DNA from: Scyliorhinus canicula
Lineage: Eukaryota
NCBI RefSeq assembly: GCF_902713615.1
Contig: NW_024055478.1
Coordinates: 492,363-556,362, forward strand
Length of the DNA: 64,000 bases
Reading direction: 5' to 3'
Shown: positions 23,757-35,240 of the stretch, one piece after another
Position numbering within the stretch: position 1 is the stretch's first letter
How the letters are laid out: the number at the start of each line of letters is the position of its first letter
Notes under the pieces: model-generated
What the model was told of the DNA's origin: nothing
What the model saw: the letters and a program-made list of their open reading frames with translations, nothing else
Database searches by the model: none
Made by a program: the position numbers and the translations under genes

Positions 23757-25590
23757 GTGTACGTCACAATCCAGCTAACTGAGCTGTCTACGTCACAATC
23801 CAGCTAACTGAGCTGTGTACGTCACAATCGAGCTAACTGAGCTGTGTCCGTCACAATCCAGCTAACTGAGCTATGTCCGTCACAATCCAGCTAACTGAGC
23901 TGTGTACGTCACAATCCAGCTAACTGAGCTGTGTACGTCACAATCCAACTAACTGAGCTGTGTACGTCACAATCCAGCTAACAGCTGTGTACGTCACAGA
24001 CCAGCTAACTGAGCTATGTACGTCACAATCCAGCTAACTGAGCTGTGTACGTCACAATCCAGCTAACTGAGCTGTGTCCGTCACAATCCAGCTAACAGCT
24101 GTGTACGTCACAATCCAGCCAACTGAACTGTGTACGTCACAATCCAGCTAACAGCTGTGTACGTCACAGACCAGCTAACTGAGCTGTGTACGTCACAATC
24201 CAGCTAACTGAGCTGTGTACGTCACAATCCAGCAAACAGCTGTGTACGTCACAATCCAGCTAACTGAGCTGTGTACGTCACAATCCAGCTAACTGAGCTG
24301 TGTACGTCACAATCCAGCTAACTGAGCTGTGTACGTCACAATCCAGCTAACTGAGCTGTGTACGTCACAATCCAACTAACTGAGCTGTGTACGTCACAAT
24401 CCAGCTAACTGAGCTGTGTACGTCACAAACCAGCTAACTGAGCTGGGTACGTCACAATCCAGCTAACTGAGCTATGTACGTCACAAACCAGCTAACTGAG
24501 CTATGTACGTCACAATCCAGCTAACTGAGCTGTGTACGTCACAATCCATGTAACTGAGCTATGTACGTCATAAACCAGCTGACTGAGCTGTGTACGTCAC
24601 AATCCAGCTCACTGAGCTGGGTACGTCAGAATCCAGCTAACTGAGCTGTGTACATCACAATCCAACTAACTGAGCCGTGTACGTCACAATCCAGCTAACT
24701 GAGCTGTGTACGTCACAATCCAGCTAACTGAGCTGTGTACGTCACAATCCAGCTAACTGAGCTGTGTACGTCACAATCCAGCTAACTGAGCTGTGTACGT
24801 CACAATCCAGCTAACTGAGCTGTGTACGTCACAATCCAGCTAACTGAGCTTTGTACGTCATAATCCAGCTAACTGAGCTGTGTACGTCACAATCCAGCTC
24901 ATTGAGCTGTGTACGTCACAATCCAGCTAACTGAGCTGTGTACATTACAATCCAACTAACTGAGCCGTGTACGTCACAATCCAGCTAACTGAGCTGTGTA
25001 CGTCACAATCCAGCTAACTGAGCTGTGTACGTCACAATCCAGCTAACTGAGCTGTGTACGTCACAATCCAGCTAACTGAGCTGTGTACGTCACAATCCAT
25101 GTAACTGAGCTATGTACGTCATAAACCAGCTGACTGAGCTGTGTACGTCACAATCCAGCTCACTGAGCTGGGTACGTCAGAATCCAGCTAACTGAGCTGT
25201 GTACATCACAATCCAACTAACTGAGCCGTGTACGTCACAATCCAGCTAACTGAGCTGTGTACGTCACAATCCAGCTAACTGAGCTGTGTACGTCACAATC
25301 CAGCTAACTGAGCTGTGTACGTCACAATCCAGCTAACTGAGCTGTGTACGTCACAATCCAGCTAACTGAGCTGTGTACGTCACAATCCAGCTAACTGAGC
25401 TTTGTACGTCATAATCCAGCTAACTGAGCTGTGTACGTCACAATCCAGCTCATTGAGCTGTGTACGTCACAATCCAGCTAACTGAGCTGTGTACATTACA
25501 ATCCAACTAACTGAGCCGTGTACGTCACAATCCAGCTAACTGAGCTGTGTACGTCACAATCCAGCTAACTGAGCTGTGTACGTCACAATC
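23741..25590. repeat. 29-bp tandem array (gtcacaatccagctaactgagctgtgtac), ~64 units, AGCT-rich
   Basis: Directly visible near-perfect tandem units, with a few 26-bp deletion variants. Confidence 0.98.
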
Positions 25591-25974
25591 AATTTGTCTT
25601 ACAAAGGATGTCTCTTCATTTGTATCATTGCAGTTTTGGGAAATTCCCTTTGTACAAACTGACTGATGCCCCCTCCTCTCTCCACCTCACTACCCCCACT
25701 CCCCAAACCAGAGAATAGTTGCTTTGCTTCAAAAACACCTTCCGAATGCACCTTTATATAATTACAATAAAACTCTACATTTGAGTAATTGCAACATTCT
25801 CTAATTTTAGGATCATGCACATTAACAGTGGGAGGCGACCATTCGGTCCGTCCAGCTTCCTCCCCATTCAGTAAGATCCTGGTTGTGCTGATCGTGGTGT
25901 TAACCCTACATTCTGCCTGCCACTGAGACCGGGCTGTCTGCAACCCCCCCCCCCCCCCCCCCACCCCGCCCCGC

Positions 25975-27790
25975 GCTCTCTGAGCGTTCCCCCATCTCTC
26001 TGCCGTCCCCGCTGGATTTCTGTACCTTCCTCCTGGTCCCTTCACTATTGTTTAGCTCTCTACTCTTTTCCACGGCTCTCTGCGCTTTCCTCCGCATCTC
26101 TGCACTTTGGGCTCTGAATTTTCTTCCTGCTCGTTGTGCTTTGCCCATGTCCGCTGCACATTCCCCAGTTCTTTGGGCTTTTCCCGGTTCCTGGCACTTT
26201 CCGCGGGCTTTTTGAACATTTCGCCAGGACTGTGAGCTTTACCCCGATTCTTATGGCTTATCGCCCACTCTATGGACTTTCGTCCGGCTCTATGCACTTG
26301 CGCCAGCTCTCTGTACCTTTCCCCGGTTCTCTGCTCCTTCCCCTGGCTCTCTGCCCCTTCCCCCGGTCCCCGGCTCTCTGCACTTTCCCCCGGCTCTCTG
26401 CGCCTTCCCCCGGCTCTCTGCGCCTTCCTCAGGCTCTCTGCACTCCGCCGGCTCTCTGCTCCTTCCCCCGGCTCTCTGCTCCTTCCCACGCCTCTCTGCA
26501 CTCTCCCCCCGGCTCTCTGCGCCTTCCCCCGGCTCTCTGCACCGTCCCCGGCTCTCTGCTCCTTCCCCCGGCTCTCTATGCCTCCCCCCGGCTCTCTGCA
26601 CTGTCCCCGGCTCTCTGCGCCTTCCCCTGGCTCCCTGCTCCTTTCTCCGGCTCTCCGCTCCTTCCCCCCGGCTCTCTGCTCCTCCCCCCGGCTCTCTACA
26701 CTTTTCTCCTGCTCTCTGCACTTTCCTCCGGCTCTCTGCTCCTTCCCCGGCGCTCTGCTCCTTCCCCCGGCTCTCTGCTCCTTCCTCCGGCTCTCTGCTC
26801 CTTCCCCCGGCTCTCTACACTTTCCTCCGGCTCTCTACACTTTCCTCCGGCTCTCTGCACTTTCCTCCGGCTCTCTGCTCCTTCCCCGGCGCTCTGCTCC
26901 TTCCCCCGGCTCTCTGCCCCTTCCCCGGCTCTCTGCTCCTTCCCCGGCTCTCTGCACCTTCCCTCAGCTCTCTGCTCCTTCCCCCGGCTCTCTGCTGCTT
27001 CCCCGGCTCTCTGCGCCTTGCCCCGGCCCCCTGCACTCGCACCCCCACCCCTCGCACCCCTCCCCCTCCCTGCACTTCCCCTGGCTCCTTGCACTCCCAC
27101 TACCCGTCCCCCGCCTTTCCCTTGCTCTCTCCACTTCCTTCCTTCCTCTGTCCTTTTCTACGGCTCTCTGCCCATTCCCCTGCATCTCTGCCCATTCCCC
27201 TGCATCTCTGCCATTTCACCTGCATCTCTGCCCATTCCCCTGCATCTCTGCCCTGTCCCCTGCATCTCTGCCCATTCCCCTGCATCTCTGTGCTTTCCTC
27301 CCAACTCTGCCTTTTCGCCGCCTCTTTGCTCTCATCCCCCGGCTCTCTGCTCCTTCCCCCGGCTCTCGGCACCTTCCCCCGGCTCTCTGCTCCTTCCCCC
27401 GGCTCTCGGCGCTTTCCCCCGGCTCTCCGCACTTTTCTCCGGCTCTCTACTCCTCCCCTCGGCTCTCGGCGCCTTCCCTCGGCTCTCGGCTCCTTCCCCC
27501 GACTCTCGGCTCATTCCTCCGTCTCTCTGCGCCTTCCCCCGGCGCTCGGCTCCTTCCCCCGGCTCTCCGCACTTTCCTCCGGCTCTCTGCTCCTCCCCCC
27601 GGCTCTCTGCCCCTTCCCCCGGCTCTCTCCTCCTCCGCTCGGCTCTCGGCGCCTTCCCCCGACTCTCTGCTCCTTCCCCCGACTCTCGGCTCATTCATCC
27701 GTCTCTCTGCGCCTTCCCCCGGCTCTCGGCTCCTTCCCCTGGCTCTCGGCTCCTTCCTCCGGCTCCTTCCCCCGGCTCTCGCCACTCCCG
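25975..27790. repeat. 19-20 bp tandem array (ggctctctgctccttcccc[c]); G/A-rich on the IgM sense strand
   Basis: Visible tandem repeat; accounts for all ORFs in 26052-27903. Confidence 0.95.
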
Positions 27791-27889
27791 TGTTATGCAG
27801 ACACATTCGGGCGCCACTGGACATCAGTTTCGCTCCAGTTCTCTATTCCTCTCGCTGCAGACGCTCCCTTGCCGATTTCCTGAGCATCA

Positions 27890-30780
27890 GTGAGAGAGGA
27901 TGAGTGAGTAACTGAGTGAGGGTAGGAGAGTGAGTGTGTGTGAGTGAGTTGGCTGATTGAGGATGTCTGAGTGTTGATGAGTGGCAGATCAGGGTGAATG
28001 ACTGAGTGAGGGTAAATGTGTGAGGGTATGTCACCGAGCACGAATGAGCCAGGATGGGTGAGGGAGAGTGAGTGAGACGCAGGGAATGAGTGCCGCTGGG
28101 TGAGTGAGGTTGTGTAGTGAGAGTCAATGAAGGTGAGTGAACGAGGTTGGGTGAATGAGGGTCGGTGAGTGAGGATGATTGAGTGAGGATGCATGAGTGA
28201 GTGCGGGTCAGTGAGGATGTAACTGTTGCTCAGTGAGTGAGGTGCGTTATTGAGAATTAGTGGGTGTGCGAGGGTGAGTGAGGTAGTGTGAGTGGCAGAG
28301 AATGAGTGTGGGTGGTGCGCGAGGGTGGGTGTGTGATGGTGGTTGAGTGAGTCAGGGTGAGTGAGGGGATGGGTGTGGGTAAATGAGGGTGTGTGAGGAT
28401 GGGTGGGTGAGTGAGGGTGAGTGATAGTGGGTGACAGGTTGGGTGCGTCTGGTGAGGATGGCTCAATAAGGGTGTATGAGGGAATGTGAATGAGTGAGGG
28501 TGCGTAAGTGAGGAAGGGTAAGGATCTGTGAGTGAAGGTGTGTGAAAGAGGATGGGTGCGAGTGTGAGGGTGAATGAGTGAGGCTGGGTGAGTGAGTATG
28601 AATGAGTCATTGTAGATGTGTGAGGGAAGATTCGAGAGCGATGGTGGGTTGGAGGGTGAGTGAGTGAGTGTGGGCGAGTTAGGGTGGGTGGTGGTATTTG
28701 ATTGAGGGGGGAGTGAATGTGTCGGTGAGGGTGGGTTACTGATTGAGGGTGTGTGGGTGTGTGAGTGTGGGTGAGTGATTCAGTGAGCGTGAGGGTGGGG
28801 AGTGAGTGAGGGTGGGTGGGTGAGGGTGTGTGAGAGTGGGTGAATGACGGTGTGTGAGGGTGGGTGAGTGACGGTGTGTGAGTCAGGGTGTGTGAGGGTG
28901 GCGGAGTAAGTGTGGGTGGGTGACTGAGTGAGGGTGAGAGCCTGAATGAGAGTGGGTGAGAATGAGTGACGATGGGCGTTAGTTTGAGGATGAGTGGGTG
29001 AGAGTGTGTGAGTGAGGGTGAACGAGTTAGGTTGGGCTTGAAAGGGTGAGTCAATCAGGCCGAGTGTTGCTGAATGAGGCTGGGTGAGTGTGTGTGTGAG
29101 GGTGAGTGAGTGTGTCAGGGAGGGTGGGTGAGTGAGAGTGTGTCAGGGAGGGTGGGTGAGTGAGTGTGTGTCAGGGAGGGTGGGTGAATGAGTGTCTGAC
29201 AGGGAGGGTGGGGGTGAGTGCGTGTCAGGGAGGGTGGGTGAGTGAGTGTGTGTCAGGGAGGGTGGGTGAGTGAGAGTGTGTCAGGGAGGGTGGGTGAGTG
29301 AGTGTGTGTTAGCGAGGGTGAGTGAGTGTGTGTCAGGGAGGGTGGGTGAATGAGTGTCTGTCAGGGAGGGTGGGTGAGTGTGTGTCAGGGAGGGTGGATG
29401 AGTGAGTGTGTGTCAGGGAAGGTGGGTGAGTGAGTGTGTGTCAGGGAGGGTGGGTGAGTGAGAGTGTGTCAGGGAGGGTGGGTGAGTGAGAGTGTGTCAG
29501 GGAGGGTGAGTGAGTGTGAGTCTGTCAGGGAAGGTGGGTGAGTAAGGCTGTGTCAGGGAGGGTGGGTGAGAGTGTGTGTGTCAGGGCGGGGGTGGGTATG
29601 TGAGAATGTGTCACGGGGGTGAGAGTGTGTCAGGGAGGGTGAGTCAGTGAGTCTGTGTCAGGGAATGTGGGTCAGTGAGTGTGTCAGGGAGGGTGTGTGA
29701 GTGAGGGTGTGTCACCGAGGGTGGGTGAGTGAGAGTGAGTCAGGGAGTGTGGGTGAGTGAGTGTGTGTCAGGGAGGGTGGGTGAGTGAGTGTGTAACAGA
29801 GAGAGTGGGTGAGTGAGAGTGTGTCAGGGAGTGTGGGTGAGTGAGAGTGTGGCAGGAAGGGTGGGTGAGTGTGTGTGTGTCAGGGAGGGTGGGGGAGTGA
29901 GGGGGAGGATGGGGGAGTGAGATTGTGTCAGGGAGGGTGGTTGAGTGTGTGTGTGTCAGGGAGGGTGGGTGAGTGAGGGGGAGGATGGGGGAGTGAGAGT
30001 GTGTCAGGGAGGGTGTGTGAGTGAGGGGGAGGATGGGGGAGTGAGAGTGTGTCAGGGAGAGTGGGTGAGTGAGGGTGTCAGGGAGTGTGGGTGAGTGAAA
30101 TTGTATCAGGGAGGGTGGGTGAGAGTGTGTGTGTCGTGGAGGATGGGTGAGTGAGAGTGTGTCACGGAGGGTGGGTGAGTGTGTGTGTGTCAGGGAGGGT
30201 AGGTGAGAGAGTGTGTGTCAGGCAGGGTGGGTGAGAGAGTGTGTCAGGGAGGGTGGGTGAGAGAGTGTGTGTCAGGGAGGGTGGGTGAGTGAGAGTCTGT
30301 CAGGGAGGGTGGGTGAGTGAGTGTGTGTCAGGGAGGATGGGTGAGTGTGTGTGTGTCAGGGAGGGTGGGTGAGTGAGAGTGTGTCACGGAGGGTGGGTGA
30401 GTGTGTGTGTGTGAGGGAGGGTAGGTGAGAGAGTGTGTGTCAGGTAGGGTGGGTGAGAGAGTGTGTCAGGGAGGGTGGGTGAGAGAGTGTGTGTCAGGGA
30501 GGGTGGGTGTGTGAGAGTCTGTCAGGGAGGGTGGGTGAGTGAGTTTGTGTCAGGGAGGGTGGGTGAGTGATGGTGGGTGAGTGAGAATGTGTCAGGGAGA
30601 GTGAGTGAGTGAGGGTCAGTGAGTGACCGTGTGTGTGAGGGTGTATGTGAGGGTGGTTGAGGAAAGGTTTGCCATTGAGGATGGGTGAGTGAGGGTCAAT
30701 GAGTGATGGTGAGTGAGTGAGGGTAAGTGAATGATTGAAGACAGGTGAGAGTGAGTGAGTGAGTGAGCGTGGGTGAGTGA
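27890..30780. repeat. G/T-rich repeat region, core ~26-28 bp unit gtgtgtcagggagggtgggtgagtga (~29090-30560)
   Basis: Visible tandem and degenerate repeats. Confidence 0.93.
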
Positions 30781-31159
30781 CCATTCCCAGATGCTCCCAG
30801 CCCATCAGGACGATATTTCTCTGGATGATTTTCTGCTCAGGCTCAGCTTCCTGTTGCCTGTTGTCCACAGCCGAGCTGGGGGCTCCTCCATTCGGCTCCA
30901 CCACCCCCACCTCCTCCATCTCTCTCCATCCATCCTGTCCTGATTCTCCACATTGATCAGCTTTCAGTAACACCGGCTTTGTAAAGTCAGACAGCAGTGT
31001 AGATCACTGGGCAGCTGCTTTAATGCCGATGTAATTTCATTTTCCACAAAAAAATTTAGGACTGGGACAATGATCATTCCTGCAACTTAATGGATTTTCA
31101 TTTTGCAAATGGGATTTTTCTGTCATATTGTATCACGGACAGTGTTGTTGTGTTTATTC

Positions 31160-32085
31160 ATTCTTGTGATGTAGACGTCTCTGGCTGGGCCAGCATTTAT
31201 TTTCCATCCCTCATTGCCTTTGAGAAGGTGGTGAGCTTCCTTCTTTAACCATTGCAGTCCATGTGGTGTTTCCCCAAGTCAGTTACATACATGGTTTTGA
31301 ACCAGCGGCACTGAAGGAACGGTGACATACTTTATAGTCATGATGCTGAGTGACTTGGAGTTCAGCTTCCAGTTGGTGATGTTCCGATGTGTCTGCTGTC
31401 CTTGTCCAGATGGCCGCTGTCATGGGTTTGGAAGGTGCTGCCTAAGGAGACATGATGAGTTTCTGCAGCGGATCTTTAGATGGTGGACAGGCTTTGGGGA
31501 GTCAGGAGATTAGTTTTTCACCGCAGGATTACTCACCTTTGATCTGTTCTTCTGGCCTCAAAATGTATATGACTCGTCCAGATCACTTTCTGGTCCATGT
31601 GAACCCCCAGGAGGTTTCGAGTGGGGATTCAATGATGGTAATGCCATTGAATGTCAAGGGGCAGTGGTTAGACCGTTCTTACTGGAGGTGGGCTTTGCCT
31701 TCGATTGGGTGACTTGACTGTTACTTACCACTTGTCAGCCAGAACCTGATGTAGTCTCCATGTTGCTTTATTTACACGTAGATTTATTCAGTGACTGCAC
31801 AGTTGCAAATTGTGCTGAGCTTGGTGCAATCATCTGAGAACAACCCAGTTCAGACATTATGGTGAAAAGGTCATTGATGAATAAACTGAAGATGGTTTGT
31901 CCGAGGACACTGCCCTGAAGAAGTCTCGCAGTGATGTCCTGGAATTGAGATGATTAACCTCCAGCAATGGAATCCATCTACCTTGGTGCTGGTTATGACT
32001 CCAACCAGCGGAGATTGTTCTCCTGATTCCCATCCATTCATTCTTTGGTTGGGCTCCCCGATGCCACACGTTTAAATGATGCCGT
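31160..32085 (-). mobile_element. Degenerate CR1/L2-superfamily LINE 3' fragment
   Basis: Reverse-complement similarity to 43050-43850. Confidence 0.6.
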
Positions 32086-32091
32086 GATTTG

Positions 32092-32405
32092 GCGGCCCTG
32101 TAGCACAGTGGTTAGCACTGTCGCTTCACAACACCAGGGATCCGGGTTCGATTCCCACTAGGGACATTGCCTGTGTGGAGTCTGCAGGTTCTCCCCGTGT
32201 CTACGTGGAATTCCTCCGGGTGCTCCGGTTTCCTCCCACAAGTCCTGAAAAACATCCTGGTAGATGGATTGGAGATTCTGAATTCTTCCCCGGTGTACCC
32301 GAACAGGCGCCAGAGTGTGGCATGTCGGGGATTTTCACAGTACCTTCATTGCAGTGTTAATGTGAGCCCACTTGTGACAATAATAAAGATTATTTTGTTT
32401 ATTAT
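32092..32405 (+). mobile_element. SINE (same family as 9897)
   Basis: tRNA head gtggttagcactg...gggttcgattccc and shared tail. Confidence 0.85.
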
Positions 32406-32439
32406 TGATGCTAGATTCAGTCGCTCTCATCTGTGTATC

Positions 32440-34210
32440 TGAAAGTGTGTGCGTGTCTGAGTGTGTGTGAGAGAGAGGGAGAGTGTGGGTATGGGTCTGA
32501 GAACATGTGTTTGTGTCTATGTATGTGGCTGCATGCATGCGAGAGATGGATCAAGAGAGAGGGAGAGAGAGTATATGTGTGAGTGTGTGTATGTGTGAGA
32601 GTATCTCTGTGTGTCAGAGAATATCTGTGTGTGAGAGCGCCATTGTGTGTATTTGTGCGAGCGAGAGGATGTGTGTGTGTGAGGGAGCAAAATAGTGTCC
32701 ACAGGAGAGAGACTGTATGCGCAAAACTGTGTTTGAGATAGCATGTGTGCCAGACATCATGTGTGTGAGAGCGTGTGTGTGAGTGTGTGACAGAGCATAT
32801 GTGTGAGAGCATGTGTGCAAGAGAGGATATGTGTGAGAGAGCATGTGTGAGAGAGCATGTGTGTGAGAGAAAGTGTGCACGAGACAGCATGTGTGCAAGA
32901 GAACATGTGTGAGAGAGCATGTGTGCGAGAGTGCATGAGTACCAGAGAGCATGTGTGTGAGAGAGTGTGTGTGCAAGGGAGAATGAGAGAGCATGGGTGT
33001 GTGAGAGAGTGAGTGAATGAGAGAGCATGTGAGTGAGAGGGCATGTGTGTGAGGGACCGTGTGTGCAAGAGAGCGTGAGTGTGAGAGATAAGTGTGTGAG
33101 AGAGCGTGTGTGTGAGAACACACGTGTGGGAGAGTACATGTGTGTGAGAGAGCATGTACGCAACAGAGCATGTGTGTGAGAAAGCATGTGCGTGAGAGAG
33201 CATGTGTGTCAGCGAACATGAGTGTGAGTGAGTGAGTGAGAGAGTGTGTGCGAGAGTGTGAGTATCAGAGCTCATGTGCATAAGAGAGCATGTATGAAAG
33301 AGAGGATATATGTGTGAGAGAGCAAGAGTACAAGAGAGCGTGTGTGTGTGAGAGGCCGTGTGTTTGAGAGAGTGTGTGTGTGAGAGAGCGTGTGTGTGAG
33401 AACACACGTGTGGGAGAGTACATGTGTGTGAGAGAGCATGTACGCAACAGAGCATGTGTGTGAGAAAGCATGTGCGTGAGAGAGCATGTGTGTCAGCGAA
33501 CATGAGTGTGAGTGAGTGAGTGAGGGAGTGTGTGCAAGAGTGTGAGTATCAGAGCTCAGGTGCATAAGAGAGCATGTATGAAAGAGAGGATATATGTGTG
33601 AGAGAGCAGGAGTACAAGAGAGCATGTCTGTGCGAGAGGCCGTGTGTTTGAGAGAGTGTGTGTGTGAGAGAGCGTGTGTGTGAGCGTGAGAGAGTGTGCG
33701 TGCGAGAGACCATGCATGTCAGGGCGAGTGTGAGAGAGAGGGCGTATGCGTGAGAGAGTGTATGTGTGAGAGAGCGAATGTGTGAGAGAGCCTGTATGTG
33801 AGAGAGCATTTTGTGTGTGAGAGATGTGTCTGACAGAGCATGTGTGTGAACGAGCGTGTGTGCAAGAGATAATGTGTGCGAGAGTGCATGTGTGTGTATG
33901 TGTGTCTGCGAATGATTTTTAATGTGACTGAGATTGGTAAAGCGTGTAAGAGAGTGTGTGTGAGAGAGTGTGAGAGGGAGATTGCCTGTGAAAGAGAGAG
34001 AGGGATAATGTGCCTGTGCATGTGAGAGAGTGAGTGACAGTCTGTGTGAGGGAGAGTTGGACAGAGATAAAGTTGGTGACAGAGAGTATGTAAGAGACTG
34101 AGTGTGTGAGGCAGTGCGTGTGTGTGACTGTGTGTGTGTGAGAGAGAGACTGTGTGTTTGAGGAATAGTCCGGGTTTGTGGGAGAGAGGGAGTGTGTGAG
34201 GGAGAAACAG
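32440..34210. repeat. (GA/GT)-rich simple-sequence region with an internal 284-bp duplication
   Basis: aacacacgtgtgggagagtac occurs at 33117 and 33401. Confidence 0.9.
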
Positions 34211-34404
34211 TGTGACGATGAGAGATTATTTAGTCTGTCAAATTTCATTCTGAAACACGGGGGAATGAATCATGCAAACTGCTCGATTCTAATTGATAAA
34301 TGGTCAACTTACGACAATAACAAATCAATAACCTCTCTGAAATTAATTTCAAAACTCCCTTCGCCTTTCAGCTATTTCTCCTGTCTGTCTGAACTGGGCA
34401 CAAT

Positions 34405-35240
34405 GTATTATCACTGAGACAAATGTGAGGTTATCCATTTTGGTAGGAATAACAGCAAACGGGACTATTATTTAAACGATAAAATACTAAAGCATGCCGC
34501 TGTGCAGAGAGACTTGGGTGTGTTAGTGCATGAGTCACAGAAGGTTGGTTTACAGGTGCAACAGGTGATTAAGAAGGCAAATGGAATTTTGTCCTTCATT
34601 GATAGAGGGATGGAGTTTAAGACTAGGGAGGTTATGTTGCAATTGTATAAGGTGTTAGTGAGGCCACACCTGGAGTACTGTGTTCAGTTTTGGTCTCCTT
34701 ACTTGAGAAAGGACGTACTGGCACTGGAGGGTGTGCAGAGGAGATTCACTAGGTTAATCCCAGAGCTGAAGGGGTTGGATTATGAGGAGAGGTTGAGTAG
34801 ACTGGGACTGTACTCGTTGGAATTTAGAAGGATGAGGGGGGATCTTATAGAAACATTTAAAATTATGAAGGGAATAGATAGGATAGATGCGGGCAGGTTG
34901 TTTCCACTGGCGGGTGAAAGCAAAACTAGGGGACATAGCCTCAAAATAAGGGGAAGTAGATTTAGGACTCAGTTTAGGAGGAACTTATTCACCCAAAGAG
35001 TTGTGAATCTATGGAATTCCTTGCCCAGTGAAGCAGTTGAGGCTCCTTCATTACATGTTTTAAGGTAAAGATAGATAGTTTTTTGAAGAATAAAGGGATT
35101 AAGGGTTATGTTGTTCGGGCCGGAAAGTGGAGCTGAGTCCACAAAAGATCAGCCATGATCTCATTGAATGGCGGAGCAGGCTCGAGGGGCCAGATGGCCT
35201 ACTCCTGCTCCTAGTTCTTATGTTCTTATGTTCTTATGTT
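34405..35240 (+). mobile_element. Young 5'-truncated CR1 insertion with (tcttatgt)n tail in the J-C intron
   Basis: 188-aa ORF 34502-35068 (LYKVLVRPHLEYCVQFWSP...RGDLIE) followed by 3' UTR and tandem tail. Confidence 0.92.

Noticed and set aside
23741-25590. CRISPR-like appearance of the regular ~29-bp repeat
   Set aside because: Units are head-to-tail with no unique spacers, in a vertebrate intron.
26052-27903. Long ORFs (585, 543 and 264 aa) rich in Pro/Ser/Leu or Gly/Glu/Arg
   Set aside because: Translations of a stop-poor 19-20 bp tandem repeat inside the J-C intron; open in many frames on both strands.
30780-30973. Non-repetitive start of ORF 30494-30973 (MLLKADQCGESG...)
   Set aside because: No recognisable domain; the frame runs into simple repeat.
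27793-34248. His/Thr/Ser/Leu-rich ORFs on the minus strand
   Set aside because: Translations of GT/GA simple repeats.
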